Assembly (NCBI GenBank): GCA_032718475.1
Contig: JAUCBJ010001520.1
Location: 32,703 to 96,702 of the forward strand
Origin: Nemertoderma westbladi
Lineage: Eukaryota; Animalia; Xenacoelomorpha
Direction: 5' to 3'
DNA length: 64,000 nt
Part shown: piece by piece, positions 12,401 to 25,480 of the stretch
Numbering within the stretch: position 1 is the stretch's first letter
Layout: the number at the start of each line of letters is the position of its first letter
The notes under the pieces: model-generated
Told to the model about the DNA's origin: nothing
Database searches by the model: none
What the model saw: the letters and a program-made list of their open reading frames with translations, nothing else
Translations under genes and position numbers: made by a program

Positions 12401-15400
12401 CATGAGGATATGGAATGGATAACCCCCCAGTTAGTTTCTGCCGCAATAAATAAACTCCAGTCTGGTAAGTCCGATGTTGTGGGTGATTTTAATTCGGATT
12501 GTTTCTTGAACGCATCTGAGGTTTTATCGCATCCACTAGATCAACTTGCTTACTGGGCGGAAAAGCCAACCAACCACAAAGGTTAAGGCTGAATCACCAG
12601 CCAATCGCCTCAATGGTTGGAAAGCCCACTTTGAAAAGCTCCTCAATAATGACAGGGTATTGCCTGATAACTTTATAGAAGTAAAAGTGTCTGAGTCTGT
12701 ACTCCCAGATATTCCCATTGGCGATATCTCCTTTGCAGAAGTGAAGGCTGCTGCAAAGAGCATTAAGACCAATCGTGCCAGTGGAGTAGATGGTGTTCCC
12801 CTGAGGTCTTTAAAATACCTGAGTGTTTAAAGCTCATCTATCCCATCATAGTAGACATGTACCGAACAACTAGAGTCCCACAAGAAATGAAAACAAATAA
12901 GTTGGTGCCAGTTCCCAAGAAGGGCAACCTAACACTCTATGGTTCTTTTCGGGGAATCTCATTGATCTCGATTGCTGCAAAGCTATACAATAGGATTCTA
13001 TTAAATCGCATCAGGGATCCCATTGAGAGACTGCTCCGTGGAAATCAGAATGGGTTCCGTAAGGGTCGTGGTACCATGGAGCCCATTTTGGCACTTCACA
13101 CACAAGGATAATTGAAGAATTATCAAAAAAGAAAGACAGGCATCTGGCTGTTATCTTTGTTGACTTCTTCAAGGCCTTTGATTCAGTCTCTCGCTCACGT
13201 ATGTTCAGCATACTTTCATTATATGGGATTCCTGATGAAATTATTGCAGCAATAAGATCAGTATACGATGGTTCGACAACATTTGTGTCTACTGTTGACG
13301 GTGACACAGAACCATTTGAAGTGTTATGGGGCGTCCTCCAAGGAGACACACTTGCACCATTCTTGTTCATTATTGTGGTTGACTATGTTCTACGCATGTC
13401 CTTAGATCATCATAATGATGATGGGGTGATGATAACTCCACCTACTGGCTCCAGAAGTCGAGGAAATCCTGCCAAGTACCTAACTGATCTAGACTTTGCT
13501 GATGACTTAGGAGTACTCTCAGAATCACTAGAGGGAGCCCAACGGCTCCTCAGCTCATTTGAACATGCTGCTTCTAGTGTTGGTCTTTTTATTAACTCCA
13601 GAAAGACCAAAATTTTGACAGTTAACTTTGAAAGTCCTCAGCAAGTCTCTGATCGGATGAGCATAAGCTCAAAGGATGGTATGCTTGAGCATGTGGACGA
13701 CTTCTGTTACCTGGGATCATGGATCCGGAAGTCAGGTGAGGACCTTCGAATACGTAAGGGAAAGGCATGGGCAGCCTTGAATAGACTTTCCAGGATTTGG
13801 AAGTCACCGAGAATTAATTGGAAACTTAAGGTCCGATTATTTAGAGCAGCAGTAGTTCCAGTACTCCTCTACGGGAGTCCATGCTGGGCTCTATCTGCTG
13901 AGGACACCAAATCTCTGGATGGCACATTCACAAGAATGCTACGCCGGGTTTATTGTGTCAAGTACAATGCACACATCTCCAACCAGACACTATATAACAT
14001 TGGAGATGTCTCATTGGTTCCCCCAAGCTTGACACTAGAACAAAATCGCCTCCGCTTTGCAGGACATTGCTTTCGCCGTGAGGACCAGCCAGTGCATAAT
14101 CTTGTACTTTGGCAGCCTCATGGAGTGAATAAGCATGGTGGACAGCCCATGACTTTCTTGAGACGCATCTTAAAGGACACTGGCCTTGAAGATGCGGATG
14201 ATCTAGCAAATGTCATGGGTGATAGGGAGTTGTGGCGGTGCAATTTTGTTGACAAGCCGGCACAGCTTTCTTAAAAATGCAGCTGCAATGCAGCATGCCG
14301 ATCCTAGTAGTAGTAGTAGCGCAGTTTATTTAATACTTGCCTGATGCACGGTTTTGTTCCAAAGTTTCTTCTTATGTCATCGATAATTCCATTAATTAAG
14401 GATAAACTTGTCGATGCGGCGAGTTCGTCGAACTACCGCGCAATTGCAATATCGTCACTGATCCTGAAGACGTTTGAGTGGGTTATGGTTTTGTCTCAGG
14501 GAGAATCTCTGCAGGTAGACGAACTTCAGTTTGGGTTTCAAAAAGGTTCGAGTAGAGTACGACGTCATGTAGCTGGGCAGCTAGTGAGGTGATCTCGTTC
14601 TATTCCCGATTCTCTATGCCGGTGTATGGTTGCTTCCTGGATTTATCTAAGGCGTTTGATATGGTCAACTGGGTTTCACTATTTTTGGAGTTGATTAAGA
14701 AAGGCTTCTCCTTGTTATTCCTTAGAATGTTGCTATTCATGTACCGCGGGCAAACGTGTTGTGTTAGATGGGGTTCATCATCCTCTGAAGAGTTCCCTAT
14801 TACTAATGGTGTGCGGCAGGGGTCAGTGGCTTCACCGCTGCTTTTTTGTGTAATCTTAAATACACTTGTTGTGCGTCTTAGGGATTCTGGAATTGGGTGC
14901 CACATTGGATCTAGGTATTTTGGGGTTTTAGTGTACGCGGACGACATTTTACTATTGTGTCCGTCTATTGCTGGTTTACAGAAAATGTTGAATATATGTA
15001 GTAATTTCGCGGCCGAAAACAATATGTCTTTTAGTACCAACACGGACCCAAACAAAAGCAAAAGTAAGTGCATTCCTTTCGGTTTTTCTTGGTCACCTCC
15101 TAACTGTAATATTTTACTTAACAATACAGTATTGCCGTGGGTTAAACAGGCAACACACTTAGGTAATGTTTTTCATTTCAGTGGTAAATTTGGTGCAAAC
15201 ATTACAGTTAAACGTGGTAAATTTATAGGTAAATTGGTGAGCTTATGTTGGGAATTCTATTTTTCACATCCACATTGTTTATCAGTTTTGCAGCGTATTT
15301 ACTGTACTAGTTTTTATGGCAGTACTCTGTGGGATCTTTGGTCAGATGTTGTACGTTTAATGACATCATGGCAAATTAATGTACGTTTGGTGTGGGGATT

Positions 15401-15930
15401 ACCGGTAAATACCCATCGTTACATAGTTGAGGGTATTGTGCCTTTTGTACATCCATACAGTGTTATGTAGTAGATTCGTAACGTTTGCCCAGTCTCTATT
15501 ATCTAGTAATAAACCTTCCTTATATTTTTTAGCTTCACTAAGTTTGTTTGATTATCGTACAGTTTCTGGTGCTAATTTGCGGCGTATTTGTAGTAAATGT
15601 AACGTAGATTTCAGTTCCGTGTCTAAACATGTTTGTAACTCAGTTACTTGGTACCCTGACAATCGTTCCAATTCAATAATTCCGCTTTGTAGAGAAATTG
15701 TAGATTATAATTTAGGTCTTTTAGAAATTCCCGGTTTCAGTTTGGAGGAAATTAATGCTATTTTATTAAATATATGAGCTAATTAATCACTTGTCGATGT
15801 CTCATTTACTCTTGTATTGCTATTCTATGTATTGCTTTATAATGTTATTTGTGCTATTTTACGTAGGGCCTACAACTCTGTACTTATATATTTTTTTGTA
15901 TAATGTACGATATGAATTAAATAAATAAAT
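9490..15930 (+). mobile_element. Near full-length two-ORF non-LTR retrotransposon (RTE-X-like), inactivated and split by a nested RTE LINE
   Basis: ORF1 is 9634-10899 with one in-frame TAG at 9829. ORF2 is 10953-15777 with APE (SFNSTG, LCLQEH, GRPSGGL, GDFNADF, STLDHF, SNHSPV) and RT (NYRAIAISS, DLSKAFD, GVRQGSVASPLLF, YADDILLL). An (ATAA)n tail lies at about 15915-15930. The clade call is from motif style only. Confidence 0.88.
12540..14319 (+). mobile_element. 5'-truncated RTE-clade LINE nested in ORF2 of the outer LINE
   Basis: RT motifs RGISLISIAAKLY, QNGFRKGR, GVLQGDTLAPFLF, LDFADDL, FCYLGSWI and RLRFAGHC. It ends in a (TAG)n tail at 14319, where the host ORF2 resumes (..SLFNTCLMHG). 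Confidence 0.92.
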
Positions 15931-16189
15931 TTACTGGAAAGGTTTTTTTTACTAACTTGCATGATTAATTAAATTAATCTATAATTATTGATATTTATCT
16001 ATCTAAAGTTCAATTCATTAGGGTATGGACGGACATGCGCCTAATAAGGGCCTTCCAGGGCCTGAAACTACGATCCCGCTTGTCTCCAGCACAACATGGT
16101 GCACAGCGATAATACTTTTTGTTATTTTTTATTTGGTAATGTTTTAGACCTTGTTATCAATTTTATTTAAAATGAAATTTTGTTGTAGA

Positions 16190-16425
16190 ACAAATCTATT
16201 TTGTTCTAGAACGAATAAATTTTGTTCTAGAATATATATGATGTTCTAGAATATATATATATTTTGTTCTAGAATATATATATATTTTGTTCTAGAATAT
16301 ATATATTTTGTTCTAGAATATATATATTTTCTTCTAGAATATATATATTTTGTTCTAGAATATATATATTTTGTTCTAGAATATATATACTTTGTTCTAG
16401 AATATATATATTTTGTTCTAGAACG
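16190..16425. repeat. About 22-bp minisatellite (ttttgttctagaatatatatat)
   Basis: About 10 tandem units with variable (TA)n. Confidence 0.92.
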
Positions 16426-18840
16426 TTTTTATAAATATTTTTCTTTAAACCCCTTTATTGTCTGCAAAAGTGCGGATAATGAAGACTTTATGTCCGCATT
16501 ATTTTGCGGACAAAATAAAGTTATTATCCAATCAACCTTCCAAAAATGCGGATAATAAAATATTTATCCAATCAACGATCTAGAAGTTTATTATGTTGAA
16601 TTCCCATTACTTTTTCTTAGATCAGTAATTACGCTGGTAATTATTAATAAATGTTGCATTAAAATTTTAGTAAAAAAAAAGTTAGGTTACCCCCATGTGC
16701 TGAGAACTCACGCTACGCCTCTGCTAACGATAATACACTCTAACATACACATACACATATACAAGACCTTGTAAAGTTGGACATTAATAATCGTGCTCGA
16801 ATATTCATATTGTTTATCGATGCTTGTCCTTTCTCGATGTTACAATTTCTAGGTGCAACAATTCTTTCTGAAAGGCTATAATCCGCAAACCAACAGGAGT
16901 GGGGCCTTCAAAGCAGCAAAAGCTGCAAGCCATCCTAGCGAACAATATAATTATACTATGGCTAGTTGTATATTGGCTTCCGACACACACTAGAAAATGG
17001 CCATAGTATAATTATAATAGTTCGCTGATGCCTCGCAGTTTTGTCTCGCCCCACAGTCCTATACACTAACTTTGCAAGCTTTATTCCCGAAAGTTTAAAA
17101 TTGCCCTTATTGCCACATTGCCCTTGCCACCAAATCCGAATGCTTGAATGTGAGAGCCTTAGAACACTTGGTTAGGTCTTCCCGGACTGGAATACCCGTC
17201 GCCTACCCTCGTCATTCCACGGTACATGATCATGCAATCGAACATGATCACATGATTTCAAAATTATAGGTAGAGCTAGTTACAACCTTCTAATTAAGAA
17301 AAGTATCACCATCAAAACTTAAAAACCAGCGTAAATATACAACGAACCTCATTTCCCCTGAGGATACCCTCTAGTATACCCCCTCCCCTACCCACTACCC
17401 CCAAATAATTGAATAACAATATTTATTTATTAAGAATAATAACTAAGATCCTGTAGCCCTTCTGACTACATTCCGATGGTCTGAAAAAAACAGCAGCCCG
17501 ATCCAATTAAATTAAGGATGGATGGTAGAATTACTGACAGATTAATCAGACACTGATCGGTGCATATTACTTGCCAATATACGTTGCTGTGAATGTAAAA
17601 ATGGGAACAAATTGAGGGTGATACACAGCAACCGCCAAAACCAATGGAAGTCACTTGCTATCAATTCTATATACTAAGAATACCATCCTCACATCATGTT
17701 GATATTTATAGATCACAGATCATTGTAATAAAATTTCAGAACAGTAGCTTTACAAATGAAAAAAATGCAATAGAACTTCCCTTTAATAAAGATACTATAA
17801 TGATATCATTTTAATAATGAATTGAAATGTGAACTGATCTGAATGAACTGATCGCGGGATAAATACTTTTAACCAGCACCAAATAATATAAACACAATAT
17901 CACCATTTTAAAGATTAATTATTTGTATTATAGCGAACACTTACACATGTATATGTATATATATTTTAGCAAGCACCCCCAACGAAAAATGGGTGTTGTG
18001 AACAAAAAAAATTTGGAGTAAATATTTTTAACCATCACCAAATTATATAAATTCTCACCATTATTATAAAGATTATTATTTATCAAATTATATGTTGTCA
18101 AAAAATATATGCTGTTCCTTACAGGAAAAAAGTACCGGTATATATCAGAATTAGTGTACAGTATTATGCTTAGAAAAGTCTTAGCGATAAATACAAGTTT
18201 AGTAAAGTTTTAGCATAAAGTTTTCACATAAGTTTTAGCAACAATTTACAACAAGTTTATCAATAAAAACCTTTTATCAATAAAATCCTTTTATCATTAA
18301 AAACCTTTTATCAATAAAAGGCTTGTCTATGAGCACAACCATTCCCAATACCTTTTATTTGTGCGGTTTATTTTATTGACATGTGTGTTGATTAATAGTG
18401 GCTTATTTAGTGGCTGATTAGTACTTTTTTTAACAGTACTGTATTATCTTTAGTATATTTTTTAACAACGACTGCCTTCTTTGATATTACGGGTGCAATA
18501 AGGTTTCACCTTCTACCTTTTAATTTTTAATAAATAAATGATAAATAAATAAAAATAAATAAAAAATCGGTAATTATTTTACTAACTTTGAACATGTTTT
18601 TCAAAATAAGAAAATTTCCCGATTACATGATATTTTTCCTAGGCATTTTCCAGGTTTTTCCCTGTTTAATTTTTGCCCGGCCTTTTCCTGTTTTCCCGGT
18701 CGTTCGACACTCTGATACCGAACACTTACACAAGTATAAATAGATATATATTAATTAGCATGCAACAAGTAAGGGTATTTTGAAAAATCTCAAAAATTAT
18801 ATCAGCCCACATGACAATTTAGGATGCTGTTCTATAATCT

Positions 18841-21800
18841 TTACGTATCATATGGATATTCACCAATCATGTTTCCAGCTGGGTAATAGTCGCAGACTAC
18901 CAGGGTCATGGTGGGGCAAACCTTAACAGCACACCCAAACATCTTTGTTTTACCCCAGATCACCTGCAACAAAATTGGAAAATCTTTTGAGATGGGGCTA
19001 TTGATGTTATCTCGGTGAATTACTAATATTATTTATCTCTTATGGAAAAGGAGAAGGTTACGTTTGCATTTCATTATAAATAAAAAATAATCAGGTTTCA
19101 ATGGAATAGTTTAGTGAAATCTTTATCATATTTGTCGTTGTCTAATGGTTTCAGTAGAGGACCTAAGCCTCTACCAATATAGTAGACTTTTGATGAAGGT
19201 GTACCAGTATTAGATTCCTTTCCTACAAAGAGAAATTGTTTTGATTCTCTTAAATCCTTGATTCTCGAATCATCCATTGGTTACAGTTGGTTTATATTAA
19301 TTATACAGTATGTATTCCATTCTGTTGTACTGTTAATTTACTACGGTAGGCCCTACTGTTCGGAGTACAAATCGCAACACTGTTTCTTATTGATTGCGAT
19401 CCTTATAATTTGTATTATGAATCAAGATGTATTTAAAGAACATACGTAAGGTGGGGGTGAAAGAAAGGGTATCGCAGCGAGGTTTCTGGCTCTCCTAGAG
19501 GACTTCATCAGGCTTTATTAAAGTTAGAAGTTAATGAGAGAAGTTAAAGTAAGGGTATCGCATTAACTTCTAACTTTAATAAAACTTGCCAACACATTGT
19601 AACTTTAATAAAGCCTGATGAAGGCCTCTCTAGGAGAGGCAGAAAGCTCGATGCGATACCCTTTCTTTTTGTTACTTGTCGATGGGTGTAGACTTAGAAC
19701 CACTTTTGTTGTACTAAATGAATCAAGATGGATTCCAATGCTACCTGAAACTCAACTCTTCATTCTAGTTTCATTAAAAAAAAATATATATATCAGTGTC
19801 TAGTCGGTGGTTATTCCAGCTATAAAACTATCATGAATGACCACAAATGAGTTCAGTCAAGTTACAAATTTTACCTTTGTAAGGTAAATCTGCAACAACT
19901 CAATATACAAATATATAAATTCATGATAATGAAGGTTTTAGATGTTACCTGTGTAAAATGTCCAATACCCTGGAAATTTGAATTTGACAATGGTTCCCAC
20001 TTATTATAGAGACTAACTTCATCATACCAAGGTTTCACCACATCTAAACCATTTTCGATGCAGTTTCCTCCACTACTAGACGAACCTGCAAAGAATACAC
20101 CCATTAACATGAAATCAATGACCTAGTGTTTGAGCCATTGTGGTATTTCAGTCTCCAAATTTTATTCTTATCTCATTAAATAAAATATTCATATTTCTTA
20201 CTAGTGAAAACAACTGGCCTTTAGCACTTGTACTTCTTACTTCCAGGTACATACACATAAAAGCATCATTCTCCTCTACTATTTCCCATTAAAAAGTAAA
20301 GTATAGTAAATTTTCTTCGGCCACCAGGACAGGGATTACGCACAAAGTCTGACGAGTGCCAGTGCCAGTTATTTCCAGAGCGCCCCCCCCCCCAGAACTT
20401 TACTCCCCAGAGGAAACTCCAGTACTCATTTAGCTACCACTTAAGGATGCAAGATAGAGATGCGCCCTGGCTGGTCCCTTTAAAGCATTCGTGCCGAAAC
20501 GAAAACTGCCCTGGCCCATGTGAGGATCGAACCCACGACCTACGGGAGATGTGAATTCAATGCAACCACTACACCAAGGTGGAACACTTAGACATTAGAC
20601 ATAGCAACAGCGACCTCTTGGTCTATCTTTATATTATTATATATAAAATTATCTATATCTTGAAAGCATGGTGAACGGATAATCAACAGAAACATGTTGT
20701 TATCCCTGGGTGATGAGGATGAGGGTAAGCATGGGTGATGCTGATGTTTTTTAACTGCTGTTTTTTTACTGTTCTATTTGCTTGTGTTGTAGTTAAGAAG
20801 ATCATGGATGAATGCAGATGAAGTCAGCAATGATCCACAGTTGGACAACAGGTAAACTTGGGCACCACGGCCCGCATTGTTATGCCGCACTACAACCCCA
20901 CCTGATTTGCAGTGCAGGTCATGGTCTAAGGGAAAATGCCTCATCCCATACCCATACCAACCTTGAGACAAGTTTTCTCTCCAATAGCTGTATTTTTTAC
21001 CGAACTCTTCCATTTCATGATACTATTTTAGAATCAGATACCGACGATTCATTCCTCACATCGCCTCTGCAAACTCCAAGTGATTCTGACAGTGAAGCTT
21101 TTAAATTTTTTAAGAAAACAGGTCTGCATTTTTTGCATTTAAACGCACGATCTCTGCTTCCCAAACTTTCCGAAATTCGAATTTTAATCAATAAATCTAA
21201 CCCAGCAGTTTTAACAATCTCTGAAACTTGGCAAGATGATAGCGAAATTTATATAGAAAAATTTATATTGATAATTACATAGTTTTACGTAAGAATAGGG
21301 ACAGACATGGTGGTGGTGTCTGTACTTACATTCGATATGATTTAGCTTTTAATCGTGGGAAGATTTAGAGATTTATGAAGAAGTTTTACTGGTGGAACTT
21401 TTACTTCCTAAAACTAAACCTATTTCAATCGGTACTTTATCGGTCTTAATCGGTCTTAGGTGTTTTTAATATCTGTTACCATCACAAACTATTACTTAAA
21501 TATTACTCAAACTTTACTATAATGTAGTACCAGACGAACTGAAATTAGCTAAGGTTGTTCCTCTGTATAAAAAGAATAGTAAAGTAGAACCCTGTAATTA
21601 CAGACCTGTTAGTATCTTAAGTATTGTATCTAAAATTCTAGAACGTTCTGTTTTTCTACAGCTGGAAGCACATCTTAGTAGGCTAAATCTGATCTATGAA
21701 CTTCAGTCCGGTTTTCATAATTCATATTCTACAGACACCTGCCTTATTAACTTAACTGATACAATTAGATATAATAACGCAAAGGGTTTATATACTGGTA

Positions 21801-24508
21801 TGGTAATGTTGAACCTACAAAAGGCTTTCGATACTGTAGATCATGAAATTCTGCTTGGTAAGTTAGGCCTGATGGGTGTAGGTTCTATAGTCTGGTTCAA
21901 GTCCTACCTGTCAGACAGAGGTCAAACTGTAGTCATTAGCAAATCGCACTCTACTGTACAAGAGATTACCTGTGGTGTAACGCAAGGTAGTATATTAGGT
22001 CCTCTGCTTTTTTTTATATGCTATGTAAATGATATGATAAGTAGTATATATCCCGATTTTAAACTCATTTTATATGCTGACGACAGTGCTCTTATTTTCT
22101 CTCATAAAGAACCTATCCCTAATTCCCAAAAGTTAAGTGCAGTTCTAGAATCCTGTAATGAGTGGTTGGTTGATAATAAGCTATCCATTCACTACGGTAC
22201 GACTGAAAGTATTTTGTTTGGTTCCAAAAGAAAGTTAAAGAAGGAAACTAAGTTTGAAGTCACTAGTAATGGACATAAGATTGGAAATAAAAAGGAAGTT
22301 AAATATTTAGGCGCCACATTGGATAACTGCTTATCAGGAGAAAGCACAGTGAAAATTATTTTCTCGAAAGTTAACAGTAGGCTTAGGTTTCTATACAGAA
22401 ATAAAAAGAGTTTAAACACTGACTCCCACAATTTACTTTGCTCTTCTTTAATACAGTGTCACATGGACTATGCATGCTCTTCTTGGTAAACAAAACAGCT
22501 CAAATGTAAATTACAAGTAGCTCAGAATAAAGTAGTACATTTATAGTTTATACAGCAGTACATTACCGTTTATTAAAGACGACCTAACTCCAGATGACTT
22601 TTCTGAATCTGGACTACTTAACTTAGAGTAGAGTAGAGTAGAGTTAAGCAGCTACGCCTTAACCATGTGCATAAAGTGTATAATGGTAAGTGTCCCAATT
22701 ACCTAAAACAAATATTCAACAGAGTACGCGATACACACTCTTACAGTACCAGAACTAGTGCTTCAAACTTTTACCTCCCGAATTGTAAATCCTTCGAATC
22801 TGATTCTTTCTTTTTTAACTACTACCGAGCTATGGCATTGAAAGCGTTTTGGGCATCAATCATCAACACCCCCACTCCCCATCCTGTAACATCATTGCCT
22901 ATAAGCAGTTCCCAAAAGAAGTGGATTGTCACCCTCCATACATACCTAAACCACTGCACAAAGATTGTCTATAATGTTCACTTCTATAATGTTTACTACT
23001 CCCATGCCTGCCACCAAAGCCTTACCAAGGATCCATTGTAAAAGAGTCTCACCCATTCCAACTGGATGCACTCCTAGGCATTTGATCAGGGCTAAAAGCC
23101 TATTTGACATATGTTCCTTATGTCATCCCTTGGTACTAAACATAATTAGCCAGTTTTGAACCCAGTGCTCCTACGACCTACAGCATTGTGCAAGTGGGCA
23201 CTGGAATCAAGCGACCTGGTAGCATCCTGACCAGAAGAACCACCACTACCATGGACTTTGTCTGCTACAGCTTCTATGAGAGATGAAGTCAGCATAGTTA
23301 TAAAAGTATTTAACTTGGATCCAGGCTGAGATCATTCCCAGGTGGGGAAGCTTCTGGATTCAAGGCTAGTAGTAATTCTATGTATTATTCGCCCTTGACT
23401 ACTATCACAACATTGGGGTCAAGTAAACCTCCACCATCTTGCTCTGCGATCCTCACTCCTGACCTTACCTTTCCTCTCATCATTCATTTTGAGAAGATGC
23501 AGATGGTCTGTTCTTTTTCTTTAAAGCTGTTGGTGTATCCACAGCAAACATGCATTGAAACTTTCAATCCAAATCATCTGCCTCTACCTACAAGGTCTCA
23601 AACTCCCCAGTATCCCACTCCCACTGCTGGAAACACTGTTCCAGGAGTTTCCTTCTTGTAAATATATAAATAACTCACACATGTATAGATTTTGTCCCAT
23701 TTTTTTCCCTTTGAACTCATGAATAACATGATTGAAATTGCAACTCTCTGCTAACTTCTCGGCTTCACGTGCAATTTTGTTATTCCATTTCTGAAAAAAT
23801 GTAAATGACATGTAAAATGACATCAAATTAATATTAAATATGTCACTGACAGAGCAATTACTGTAAAAATTAATTAGAGCCTAGTGCCTCAGTTTTTGTC
23901 GGATTTTTTCCACATCCACCACTTTGCACAAATTAGCAACTGTACATGTACATGTTTGGAGATAGCCATAACGAGAACCAGTGGAATAACCGAAACATAT
24001 TGGATTCTGTAGACAATATTTCTGTTTTTTTTTAGATTCGGCAATGACCCTATGCATTTTGACAAACTATGCGAAGGGCATGGATTAGTCAGCGAAACGC
24101 AGGTCACATGTGTGAAAGAAGAACTAAGTTTGTGACATGTCACATTTCTCACACCACATTTGATTTCATATTCTTCAGTCAACTAACCAATAATTGAAAA
24201 ATGTGTTTATTAAATGTAGTTATTAAATAACTACTTTAAATTACTTAAATTAAGAAGGTCTAACAGATGGAAACACCATGGCCTTAGAGTCCCTTAGAAC
24301 TTACCAATGGACACAGAGGTTTTGATGGTCTGGGAAGTTTTTCACCGTTAGCCATTGATCCTGGAAGGTCCCTCCTGTAGTCGTTATGAGCGTTGATAAG
24401 CGCCTTCTTAATTTTTCTGTTGCATTTAGCGTCTGTTAAGGTAGTTTGTAGTAGTAGAGCAACCACAACCGAAAGAGCTATCATTACGAATCGTTGTGAA
24501 GTCGCCAT
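18841..24508 (-). CDS. Secreted CAP/SCP domain protein, copy 2; complete, 4 exons, 191 aa
   Basis: Exons 24508-24305, 23790-23679, 20085-19949 and 18963-18841 (TAA) total 576 nt. Splice sites and CAP motifs match copy 1; the protein ends [11 protein letters not shown]. Confidence 0.94.
19463..19665. repeat. Paralogous inverted repeat in CAP copy 2 intron 3, with hammerhead-like cores on both strands
   Basis: Plus strand 19615-19649 reads CTGATGA a g gcctctc tag gagaggc a GAAA gc TC. Minus strand about 19478-19512 reads cCTGATGAagtcctctaggagagccaGAAAcctc. Confidence 0.55.
20292..20587 (-). mobile_element. tRNA-derived SINE with Pol III A/B boxes, a central domain and a (TTTAC)n tail
   Basis: Minus strand has A box TGGTGTAGTGG, B box GGGTTCGATCC, central CATCCTTAAGTGGTAGCTAAATGAGTAC and tail tttactatactttactttt. 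Only the 3' part remains in copy 1 (1393-1469); another fragment lies at about 33640-33685. Confidence 0.8.
20940..22820 (+). mobile_element. Duplicated copy of the decayed CR1-group LINE in CAP copy 2 intron 2
   Basis: ORFs 20812-21282 (APE: [15 protein letters not shown]...ISETW) and 21800-22489 (RT: [14 protein letters not shown]). Confidence 0.88.
22820..23620 (-). mobile_element. Duplicated CRE-like RT fragment
   Basis: Paralogous to 3300-4100. Confidence 0.63.
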
Positions 24509-25480
24509 GTTTCTAGATCTTCATTTAGATAAATTTAAAATAATTTAGAGGTAGGTTAGGTACTGTATATAGCATTGTAAAGGATAGATAGAGGTTAAAA
24601 TAAAAAAAAATTTATTGATAATCTATTGTATTGCTAGTGTTAGTAATATTTCCATGCTGTACTCCGTGTAATGCAGCACTTAATACCGTTATGATCTGAA
24701 TGATTGGTGCATTGTATGTGTGACGGCAATAATGAAAATGGGGTTTATTATAAAATATACAGTTTTATTCCAAAGTTTAAAATTACGAAAATACTTTATA
24801 TGAAAAACTATACCTATGAAAGGTTTTTGTTAATAAAGAGTGATATATTTTTGTGGAAACTCCCGAAATTTTATATACTAGAAAGCCAGAAAGTTGGCTA
24901 TAAGAAGACTGTCAGGCCCTTAAAGAAGGTCAGTTTGACAGTTTCCTTAAATTTAATCTGCTAATCCCAAAAAAATTACAAATTTTGGAAAACAACTTTA
25001 AACAAAGGCACACACATCCCGTTACTGATAATGTCTTTAGGTTATATATAGCAGAATAAAAATATAGTGTATACGTACCGTCGTACCTGTTGCAGTCTTC
25101 TTTTGCAGAATTTAAACCTTTTTATCAAGTTTTATAAATAAACGTAGAGTTCACTACCTCGGCTTATATTATATATAATTCTAACCGGTTGAGATCAATG
25201 AAAGTAATTATTATGTCATATTAAGAAGTCGCCAGAAAATTTTTTTAATACATTTTTGGGTGGATAACAGCTATTGTTATAAATTCGGTATAGAAAACGT
25301 TACATACAAATTGGTCGGGTATGGTTTTCTAAGGATCTCATAATTAGAATTTGTATTTGGTGATCAATGATTGACCATTTTGCAAAGAAATTGTTTTCTG
25401 TAGAATTGTACAATTTTTGATAATTATGTTTTCATGTATTAACAGCTGCAGTACATTGGGCATGACGCAGAGGTAAATTG

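Larger units (their letters stand above)
18850..25480. repeat. Segmental duplication unit B
   Basis: Matches 1-5980 and carries about 590 bp extra at 20368-20958. Homology stops at ...gcagaggtaaatt (about 25479). Confidence 0.95.

Noticed and set aside
9634-15777. Active retrotransposon or a novel double-RT gene
   Set aside because: The two RT regions belong to different nested LINEs, and both carry stops or frameshifts.
20505-20587. Functional tRNA gene
   Set aside because: A and B boxes are present, but the acceptor and anticodon stems do not pair cleanly and the sequence continues into a SINE body and tail.
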